Assembly (NCBI GenBank): GCA_964016885.1
Contig: OZ024749.1
Coordinates: 11,036,001 to 11,100,000, forward strand
Direction: 5' to 3'
Source of the DNA: Eledone cirrhosa
Taxonomy: Eukaryota
Length of the DNA: 64,000 nt
Position numbers and translations under genes: made by a program. Below, piece by piece: positions 54,491 to 64,000 of this stretch (position 1 is the stretch's first letter; each line of letters begins with the position of its first letter). The notes beneath the pieces are model-generated. The model saw only the letters and a program-made list of their open reading frames with translations. It was not told the origin of the DNA and searched no databases.

Positions 54491-55322
54491 ATTGATTTCT
54501 ATGACAGAGCCAGTGGCAGTTTCGTATCAAAAGTGTTCAAGTTTTCATATTTCAATTGAAGTCTTCCATTAAAATTGTATGTAGAAACATTTACTTAATT
54601 TATAAAAGTTTGTTATATTACTAAATCTTGCTAAATTGTTGATTATTTTCTAGATTATTTGAAAGTCATAGTCTGTGTCTTTCATTAGAAATATGGTAAT
54701 GAAAGTGTTTATATTTATCTAGAAACTTTCCATCATAATTTTATGTAAGAAACTTCATTAAATTATGCTCCCAAAACCAACTTAATAATAAGAAAGTTAA
54801 TTATATTATTAAATCTCTCCAAATTTTCAAAATTCTTTGAAAATCTTTGCATTGTCTTTCATTAGAAATATGTTTGTAAAAGGGTTAACAGAATACAGTC
54901 TGTTGAAATCATTTGATTGAATACAATATTCAGCTATGTAGTGCGAAAATTTTCTTTTTTATTTGAATTTGGCAAAGCCGGCCATTTGTCGCTCGTATAC
55001 AGGAAACTGACTGGCCAGACTGCTGATATGCAAATCTGGCTGATCAGTGGATCTGCTAATATGCAGATCTGACTGATAAGCCAGTCTGCTAATATGCAAA
55101 TCAGGCCGATCAGTCACTGTGTATTTTTGAAAATAGCATATATTTTCACTCGCTCGGACAGTTTGGCAGGTGAATAATGAATTCACCTGCGTTTACGTGT
55201 GTGTATAATGTTTGGTGTGTGTGTTTGCGTTTGTGTGTATGTGTTTTGAGATGGAGACAAAAATAAATAAATAAATGAAATAAAAATGACGTAAACACAA
55301 CACAATAGGAGGAAACATGACA

Positions 55323-55376
55323 ATAGTACCACTGATGATGTTGCAGATGTGCAACGAAAGAACTTTGTTAGACTAT
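55323..55376 (+). ncRNA. Possible degenerate hammerhead motif
   Basis: CUGAUGA-U-GUUGCA gaug UGCAAC-GAAAG aa CUU. Perfect helix II, but helices I and III are weak. Confidence 0.35.
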
Positions 55377-55683
55377 ATATATATATTTATATCTGTATTT
55401 TTAAACGTTGGTCAGTCAATGATAAACATTCATGGCCAAATAAATTAACTATGGAGATATAAAAGACACAGAAGCAAAAACCAATCAAACAGTGAGTGTG
55501 TTCTGTTATTATTTCTGGCAATAATATTACAACAATATGACCCTCCCCATATATATATATATATATATATGAATATATATGTATATGAAATACTTAGGTT
55601 AATAGGAGTTAGGTATTGTATACCCGTGTCCCATTAAGGTATTGGCAGCATAATAATTAGCTCTATGCTTTGGAGCAGAGCCG

Positions 55684-56015
55684 TATATATGAAAAAGAAG
55701 ACAAGAGCGTCTACAACATCAAAAGATTTTTATTGGCTTACAATGTTTCTTCCTTACGTAACCGTAGGATTCGTCAGAGCTATAAAAGGGGTTTGATTGG
55801 TGTTATGGACTCTACCAACCAAACATTCAAGAACAAAGAGTAAAGAGAGTAAAGTACTCTCTTTACTCTTTGTTCTTGAATGTTTGGTTGGTAGAGTCCA
55901 TAACACCAATCAAACCCCTTTTATAGCTCTGACGAATCCTACGGTTACGTAAGGAAGAAACATTGTAAGCCAATAAAAATCTTTTGATGTTGTAGACGCT
56001 CTTGTGTTCTTTTTC

Positions 56016-56022
<7 letters not shown>
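55684..56022. repeat. Near-perfect palindrome, 168-bp arms, 3-nt loop
   Basis: Centre gagagta aag tactctc at 55853; one mismatch seen near the outer end (gaagacaag vs cttgtgttc). Confidence 0.95.
55919..55978 (+). ncRNA. Minimal type I hammerhead ribozyme motif (mirror copy on - strand at about 55728-55787)
   Basis: UUUUAUAGCU-CUGACGA-A-UCCUACG guua CGUAAGGA-A-GAAAC auu GU-A-AGCCAAUAAAA. GUA triplet; AATAAA immediately downstream. Confidence 0.72.
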
Positions 56023-56070
<48 letters not shown>

Positions 56071-56749
56071 AACGAGTAGGACCCCGACGGCTGAGCTCAG
56101 GCCGTTTCGACGGCTAATTCTGGACGTTATGGTCCACCTGGTTCCTTACCACATTTCCTTCGTTATATATATATATATATATATATAGGCTTAAAAATGG
56201 AATGAGAGTAAGAAGATAGCAAGAGGGGGGGGGGTCCTCCTCAGTTGTCTACTGGGGGTCTCGGATATTTCAACGCTTTAAAGACAATATATCTACCCCC
56301 AGTGCGTTCAATAACCGGGTAAGTTATTGGGAAAACGTAGGAGGGAGAGAAGGAAAATAGAAGGGAAAAGGGGAAAAGAGAAAACAGCAAAAAAAACCAA
56401 CAAACCGAAGAATGTGCAGCAACTGGGGAGAGAATCCCAGATCTCAGCGGTAACAGAATATAAGTTCGAGAGCGTGTGATTGAACGAAAAAGGCGACTGA
56501 CCCAAGCGAGTGTGAGTGAGAAACAGACTGCGAGAAGGTGAGGTGAGGGAAAACAATGAAGTGGCAAGCAGAGAGAGGGTGAGTGAAATGGAGAGGAAAT
56601 GAATATATATGTATATATATATATATATATATGAATATATATGTATATATATTTGTATATGTATGTATATATATATGTGAATATATATGTATATATATAT
56701 GTATATGTATGTATATATATATATATATATATGTATATGTATGTATATC

Positions 56750-56782
<33 letters not shown>

Positions 56783-56843
56783 GTATATGTATGTATATCT
56801 ATATATGTATATGTATGTATATATATATATGTATATATGTATG

Positions 56844-56882
<39 letters not shown>

Positions 56883-56939
56883 GTAGATGTATGTATATAT
56901 ATATATGTATATATTTATATATGTATGTATATATATTTA

Positions 56940-57540
56940 TGTCAGGTCACCAGATGGTGCTACTGGTAACATGTACCCCAGTACAAACTGTCCCATGGTC
57001 GGGTCATTGGCGACTAAACTGGCAACCCCACCAAGGTTTCTTGGTGAGGAGGGTGACTTTGGACATCCTGCAGGACTAAAAACAAAACCTGTCAAAGCAG
57101 CTCTTAAGAGTCAATGGCCATCCAAAATCACCTGGAGAGATGACCCCTTAGCCTTTGTCAAGGCAGAATTCTAGGAGAAGGAAAACTCTGATATAACACC
57201 TGCAACTCTGATGGTATTCAATGATGTTGACTTGTTCTTTTTGGTAAATATCATCTTGGTCAAGAGAGTGGGACTGGCTTTGTGCAGTGCCTTTGCTCAC
57301 TATGAAAGCTTCACGGCACAGGCATTGCTTTATATCTGGAGATCTCTCTGCACTTGTCGTCACATGATACCATGGGCCCAGCACTATGTGTCAATAATTG
57401 TCACAAGTGTAGTGTTTGTACCAGAGTTTTCAAGTCGCTGGCTGGACTAAAAAGTCACACTTGTTCAGCGCATCAGTAGGGGTTCTCCTACATGGATATA
57501 AAGTAGTGGCCGTACTCGAAAACGAGTTGGCAGCCACCAT
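56940..57540 (+). mobile_element. Non-coding element resembling an RTE 5' UTR; partial second copy at 58795-59204 and a relative at 59715-60205(-)
   Basis: About 400 bp near-identical between 57135-57540 and 58795-59204; motif ctaggagaaggaaaactctga resembles the 5' region of the RTE LINE at 14280-14340. Confidence 0.6.
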
Positions 57541-57739
57541 ATGTATGTATATATATATATATATATATGAATATATATGTATATGTATGTATATATAAAT
57601 GGAAAAGAATGAAACAAAATTTCATTTCTCACTCTTAGTACGGCTGATACTTAAACCGATATAATAAATGTTCGGTAAACCCATACGTACATATATATAT
57701 ATATGTGTGCATGTATGTATATATACATATATATATATA

Positions 57740-58146
57740 CTAGCAGATGTACCCGGCGTTGCTCGGGAAATGAATGACAGCCTGAATTGTTGAAGGTCGT
57801 TTATGGCTTAGCTAGCAATTTCTGAGTGCATGTCAGCTTATGTCAGCTAATTCGCTAGCCAATGAGAGGTTGCCTCAATAGCACGTGCCAAATCGGCCTA
57901 GTACTTCAAAAGTTAAAAGGAGCCTAGTATTTTATTTGTACACAGACAGATACACACACAAAATCGATTTTTTTTTCGGCCCCAATTCAAATTTGTTTTT
58001 GTCCAAAACCTGCTCTGGCATATAAGCAACATGTGTGCCAAATTTGGTTGAAATCGGCCCAGTACTTCAAAAGTTAAACGGAGCCTAGTATTTGTACACA
58101 GACACACACACACACACACAGACCGACTTGCTTTTATATATATAGA
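57740..58146 (-). mobile_element. Non-autonomous Helitron-like element
   Basis: Minus strand begins A|TCTATATATATAAAAG and ends with hairpin CCGAGCAACGCCGG then CTAG|T; contains an internal duplication and (CA)n. Confidence 0.75.
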
Positions 58147-58290
58147 TGTGTTTGTGTGTATATGTATATGTGTGTGTGTATATGAATATGTATATATATA
58201 TATGTATGTGTATATATATGTATATGTATATATATATGTCTATGTATATATATATGTATGTATATATATATATGTATTTATATATATATG

Positions 58291-58678
58291 GAATAAGAAA
58301 ATGTGAAGTAGTTTCAGATGTTAAAGTCCTTTATTATAAGGCAGTGATACATATTTCAATGACAGCAGTGGCCACACAATTATGTGTACCCGGTGCCATG
58401 ACCTCATCAGACAGATTCTTACATAATAAAGTTACATTCCCGAGGCAATGCCAATTGGAACGAAGAGGGTGTTCTTGAAGCCTTCGCCCGTTCCCTTGTG
58501 GGCCCCATTCCACCTCCACAGCTTTGTGCAGGCCATGTGTACTCAGTGCCATGCCCTCATCAGACAGCATGGCACTGGGTACACAGAATCGTGTGGCCAC
58601 TGCTGTCATTGAAATATGTATCACAGCCTTATCAATAAAGGACTTTAACATCTGAAACTAGTTCGCATTTTGTTATTC
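58291..58678. repeat. Imperfect inverted repeat (about 110-bp arms) with spacer and internal fold-back
   Basis: gaataagaaaatgtgaagtagtttcagatgttaaagtcc... vs ...ggactttaacatctgaaactagttcgcattttgttattc; internal hairpin gtgtactcagtgccatgc/gcatggcactgggtacac. Confidence 0.9.
58341..58414 (-). ncRNA. Minimal type I hammerhead ribozyme motif (same family as 34956-35030)
   Basis: Minus strand: CUGU-CUGAUGA-GGUCAUGGCA...UGCUGUCAUU-GAAA-UAUGUAUC-ACUGC. One mismatch in helix I. Confidence 0.62.
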
Positions 58679-58753
58679 TAAATATATTCCGTCACTCCTA
58701 CGTGGAAAAAGTATGTTGAGTGCTTGAATTGAATTGCATCAATGTTTACCATA

Positions 58754-58793
<40 letters not shown>

Positions 58794-59228
58794 CGGGAGA
58801 GATGACCCCTTAGCCTTTGTCAAGGCAGAATTCTAGGAGAAGGAAAACTCTGATATAACACCTGCAACCCTGATGGTATCCAATGATGTTGACTTGTTCT
58901 TCTTTTTGGTAAATATCATCTTGGTTAAGAGAGTGGGACTGGCTTTGTGCAGTGCCTTTGCTCACTATAAAAGCTTCACGGCACAGGCATTGCTTTATAT
59001 CTGGAGATCTCTCTGCACTTGTCGTCACATGGTACCATGGGCCCAGCACTATGTGTCAATAATTGTCACAGGTGTAGTGTTTGTACCAGAGTTTTCAAGT
59101 CACTGGCTGGACTAAAAAGTCACACTCGTTCAGCGCATCGGTAGGGGTTCTCCTACATGGATATAAAGTAGTGGCCGTACTCGAAAACGAGTTGGCAGCC
59201 ACCATATATATATATATATATGTGTGTA

Positions 59229-59279
<51 letters not shown>

Positions 59280-59280
59280 A

Positions 59281-59312
<32 letters not shown>

Positions 59313-59532
59313 TGTGTATATATGTGTGTGTGTGTGTATATATATATATGTGTGTGTGTGTATATATATGTGTGTGTGTGTGTATATATATATATATGTG
59401 TGTGTATATATATATATATATGTGTGTGTGTGTATATATATATATGTGTGTGTATATATATATATGTGTGTGTGTGTATATATATATATGTGGGTGTGTG
59501 TATATATATGTATGTATATATATATATATATG

Positions 59533-59606
59533 TAATATAAGATCAAAAGATGGTTAAAGGAGTTCCATGTATGGAACTCCTTTAACCATCTTTTGATCTT
59601 ATATTA
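59533..59606. repeat. Perfect palindrome, 36-bp arms
   Basis: taatataagatcaaaagatggttaaaggagttccat gt atggaactcctttaaccatcttttgatcttatatta. Arm is homologous to 26890-26916, beside a hammerhead motif. Confidence 0.92.
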
Positions 59607-60204
59607 TGTATACTCCAGTCCTACAAACTGTAGAGTGCTTCTTATCCGATATCTGCATTGCTTTATTGTACTACAATAAAACTCACCTCCTACATTATAT
59701 ATATGTATATATATGATGGCTGCCTCCTCGTTATCAAGTATGACCATTGCACGATATACCATTATTAATTAATTCTATCGTGCAATGCCTGTGCGTGAAG
59801 ATTTTTTTTAAAGTGAGGAAAGACTGTGCACTGAGCCAATCCCACTCTCTGAGAGACAGTAGCTATAACCCGAAAAGAAGAAAAGATCAACATCATCGGT
59901 AACTACTGAGCCGCAGGTTTTATAGCGGAATTATCCTAGTTTCCTGAGTTGCCTTCTCCTAGAAGAATGCCCTGACAAAGGCTAGGGGTCCTTCACTCCC
60001 AGTGGTTTAATCACGTGGTACATGTGTATATACATATTTACACAATTTTGGATGGCCATTGACTCTTTTGAATTCTTCCGCCCTTTGTCAGGTTTTGTTT
60101 TTTGTCCTGCAGGGTGTCCAAAATTACCCTCCTCACCAAGTAAACTTGGTGGGGTTGCCGGTTTAGTCGCCGACGACCCGACCATGCGACAGGTTGTACT
60201 GGGT

Positions 60205-60730
60205 TACATCATCATCATCATCATCATCGTTTAACGTCCATCTTCCACGCTAGCATGGGTTAGACGTGAGTTGTCCCACTTGAGGCAAGGTTGGTCGGGT
60301 GACCGTGTCTCGCTCATATAGGACTATCTGGCAGGTTTTCTACGGCTGGATGCCCTTCCTAACACCAACCACATTTACAGTGTGGAACTGGGAACTTTTT
60401 ACCGTGTTACCTACACGGCCACATTACAGCATAGACTGTGTGTTTTTTTTGTTGTGACACCTACACGATCTTGATCTCGATCTCATTATCTCATTTATTT
60501 GGACTGCATGTTGTGGTACCAACTTTACAGAGAGAGGGTGGTGTTGGTGGGAGTGGGAGGATAGGGTAGGAGTAGTGGATTGGGGTGTATATTTGGTTAA
60601 GAGGTGCCTACTGACTGTAGGTTTCGCTTTGTACATAGGCAAGGCGGGTCTTCTGTATTACTGCGTGGCGCCAAAGATCTCGGTCTAGTGACATTGTCTT
60701 AGAGAGGTGCAAGTGTGTAAGGTCGGAATA
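60205..60730 (-). mobile_element. RTE LINE 3' end / 3' UTR
   Basis: Reverse complement of the 24185-24640 region, with (CAT)n tail. Confidence 0.8.
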
Positions 60731-60796
60731 CATGTATATATATATATATGTGTGTGTGTGTGTATATATATATGTGTGTGTATATATATATATGTA

Positions 60797-60838
<42 letters not shown>

Positions 60839-61336
60839 CCTGTGTAAGAGTTTGTTCAATACTACCATACTAAATCATCTGCTGTATACCTTTTGATAAT
60901 AATTTTACCGTAACCTCTAACTTTGATTATCTATATATTGATCTCTCTCTCTACGTTGACATAACAAGCTAAATCAATGGGTTTCTTGCTTGTTTTCACT
61001 GGTCTTGTTTATTCATTTCATTTCGATGTTATTCCTGTTTTAAGGAGATCAGATGAGATCACTAAGAATAGAAACAGGGCTGCCTTTATTATTGTTATTA
61101 TTATTAGGTATTGGATTGGCAGTATCGGTGGAGGGTCGCACAACATGCTTTGCAGTGTTGTCTTTCATGTGGAGTAATGAGGAGTGCATCCAGGCCTGTT
61201 CGAAAAATATATTGCCATCTCCATTGAATGCTGTGAGAATTGATGGTAGGCCTGTGCAGGGATAGACAAAGGTTGAGACCCTAAAGATGCTCAAGAAGGG
61301 AGCAAATAGGCAACTGGAAGATCACAGCCGTTACTG

Positions 61337-61554
61337 TTAACCCTTTAGCATTTAAACTGGCCATATCCAGCCAGAATTCTCTCACCTCTTTCTGTTCAAA
61401 CCGGCTTTAACCAGCTGCTCATACTGATATTAAGGTATTGTTCTCAAAATGAATAATATCAAACCTCATAGATTCGATATTACGTGAGGTAAAGCCTTTA
61501 CCAAAAAAAAGATACAATAGTAAATATAGAGTAATGTAAATGCTAAAGGGTTAA
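61337..61554 (+). mobile_element. TTAA-flanked piggyBac-like MITE family 1 (representative copy)
   Basis: TIR ttaaCCCTTTAGCATTTA ... TAAATGCTAAAGGGttaa. Other copies at about 1-153, 7346-7567(-), 7670-8236, 17215-17426, 26518-26745, 39527-39993, 41465-41613, 44184-44473 and 61654-61831(-). Confidence 0.85.
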
Positions 61555-62864
61555 AGAGCAGGATGCCAGATGCTAGCAGCTAGATAAATTGTTTCTGTCT
61601 CCCTAATTTTACTTAATTCACACAGTTTGTCTTGACTCCATACAGACACTAGCTTAACCCTTTAGCATTTACATTACTCTATATTTAGTATTGTATTTTC
61701 ATGGTAAAGACTTTATCTTACATAATTATCTCACATAATGTTGGTATGAGTAGTCAGTTATGGCCAGTTTGCACAGAAAAAGGTGAGAGATTTCTGGCTG
61801 GATACAGCTAGTTAAAATGCTAAAGGGTTAAGCTACCTCTAAATGGAATGCGAAGTTTCGTCATATGGCAACTTGCTAACTATTTGGCTACACTACATGA
61901 TAGCAAGCAATGATAAGTAAATAACTCTATTGATGAATGAGAATAAATCTTATATAAGAAGACTGAAAAAATGTTGGAAGCTTTTGTGAGTTATTAGAGA
62001 AAAAGTTATGAATGGTAAAGAGGATTTTGACTTTTATTGCAAAAAAGTCTTTATGTTGGGTCTGAGAACATAATATGACATTCAAAGTGATTGATTTCAT
62101 TGATTAGCTGTAGAAAATTCCATTTTTTTTTATCAACTGTACTTTTTAACTCTTAATATCCTGTACCACATGAAGCCACATTAGTGAGACAGTCTTGAAA
62201 AGTACAAAACAACACTACGACTGTATCACATTAAAAATTGAAGTATTTACTCTAATATGGTAATTTTTTACATTAATCTATCTACTAGTAAATATAGTAT
62301 AAACTTTTGAATGAACTTTTAGTGACATGTACCACATCGAACCACATTATGAAAGGCAAAGCTGGTCTCAGCAGAGAGTCAGATGGAGTCATATTATATG
62401 GCATTTCTTGAGTCTTTTACACCTAATAGATCATATCCCTCTCCAGATCTAGATTGACCACAGCCAATGTATTCCCGGGGAAGAGAGAGTAAGAAGAATC
62501 AACCCCAGAATTTGACTGAATTAGTATTTAATTTATTGACCCCAGAAAGAATAAAAAAACCAAACTTAACCATGTCAAGTTTGATATTTGAAGTTTGAGC
62601 AAAGAGACAGAAACATAGTTTGTCAAATGTGAAGACTTATTGCAGTTTTTGTGAGCAGGGTGGGGTATACAGTAAGTAATAAAGAAATTTACCACTTATA
62701 AAAGAGAAATGTTATATATCTTAGCAGACAAAGAGGAATCTTATTCACCACAAAGACCCCCCCCCCCTCCCCATCCCACCCATCAAACATAACATCAACA
62801 ACAACATCATCCTATGAATATATCTTCAAACAAAAGCTAAACATACGAAAAGAAGAAAAGTTTT

Positions 62865-62898
62865 GATATATATATATATATATGTGTGTGGAGTGAGT

Positions 62899-62954
<56 letters not shown>

Positions 62955-63157
62955 GAGTGAGTTGTGCATATATATATATATATATATGTGTGGAGTAAGT
63001 TGTGCATATATATATATATATATGTGTGTGGAGTGTGTTGTGCATATATATATATATATATGTGTGTGTGTGGAGTGAGTTGTGCATATATATATATATA
63101 TATATGTGTGTGGAGTGTGTTGTGCATATATATATATGTGTGTGGAGTGTGTTGTGC

Positions 63158-63188
<31 letters not shown>

Positions 63189-63201
63189 GAGTGAGTTGTG
63201 C

Positions 63202-63234
<33 letters not shown>

Positions 63235-63284
63235 GAGTGAGTTGTGCATATATATATATATATATGTGTGTGTGTGGAGTGGGT

Positions 63285-63341
<57 letters not shown>

Positions 63342-64000
63342 AGCACCATCGTCATCATTTAACGTTTTTTCCTGGACATTAAAAATTGATGTATGTATGT
63401 GTGTGTATATATATATATGTATGTATGTGTGTGTGTATATATGTGTGTATGTGTGTATATGTAAATATATATGTAAATATATATGTGTGTATGTGTGTAT
63501 ATGTAAATATATATGTAAATATATATGTATGTAAATATATATATATATATATGTAGATATGTATGTATGTAAATATGTATGTATGTAAATATATATATGT
63601 ATGTAAATATATATATATGTATGTAAATATATATATATATATGTAAATATATATGTATGTAAATGTATATATATATATATGTAAATATATATGTATGTAA
63701 ATATGTATATATGTATGTAAATATATATATATGTATATGTATATATATATGTATATGTTTATGTATGTATATATGTATGTATATATATATGTATATGTAT
63801 ATATGAATGTATATATATATGTATATGTATATATGAATGTATATATATATGTATATATGTATATATTTATGTATGTATATATGTATGTATATATATATGT
63901 ATATGTATATATGAATGTATATATATATGTATATATGTATATATATATATATGTATATATGTATGTATATATATATGTATATATGTATGTATATATATAT
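62865..64000. repeat. (TA)n/(TG)n compound micro/minisatellites (many similar tracts across the window)
   Basis: gtggagtgagttgtgca(ta)n units, then TA/TG tracts; similar at 14750-15100, 18790-19080, 22810-23010, 23470-23820, 24645-25097, 56600-56940 and 59205-59530. Confidence 0.92.

Noticed and set aside
56975-57030. Possible HDV-like ribozyme in the RTE 5'-like element (also 60141-60205 minus)
   Set aside because: P2/P4-like pairings and CUAA are present, but I could not build P1 or a 7-nt L3; it needs a descriptor search.
61035-61085. Hammerhead-like CAGATGA...GAAAC
   Set aside because: The core U is mutated and helices I and III do not pair convincingly; at most a dead remnant.
61053-61265. 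70-aa ORF with an apparent signal peptide and cysteines
   Set aside because: The hydrophobic run is a (TTA)n tract followed by a SINE head; no splice or other coding support.
14477-63534. Numerous [12 protein letters not shown], poly-His, poly-Val and poly-Gly ORFs
   Set aside because: They are translations of micro- and minisatellites lacking stop codons.

Overview
Eukaryotic, AT-rich, repeat-dense DNA. The SINE/LINE repertoire and (TA)n/(CA)n density suggest an octopus (coleoid cephalopod) genome; this is an inference. The window is mostly intron of a + strand host gene. Two in-frame coding exons (30152-30301 and 52613-52761) encode an N-terminal segment resembling the calcium-channel alpha2delta / CACHD1 (VWA-Cache) family. 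The rest is decayed mobile DNA: RTE-clade LINEs (two near full-length, one BovB-like), Vingi/Ingi-like, Tx1-like, RLE-type and Penelope-like (GIY-YIG) fragments, a maT/Tc1-mariner fossil, Helitron-like elements, TTAA-flanked MITEs, tRNA-derived SINEs and many mini/microsatellites. The most striking unannotated signal is six well-formed type I hammerhead ribozyme motifs from five sequence-unrelated families, plus one weaker candidate and two half-motifs. Most sit next to (TA)n tracts. Several are in near-perfect fold-back palindromes (arms up to 188 bp) followed by a shared short tail hairpin, consistent with Penelope pLTR / retrozyme-like non-autonomous elements. A second pattern is repeated, independent birth of minisatellites from homologous positions of MITEs and from a LINE end. 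Most ORFs in the supplied track are microsatellite or antisense artefacts. All folds and translations were done by eye; no searches were run.
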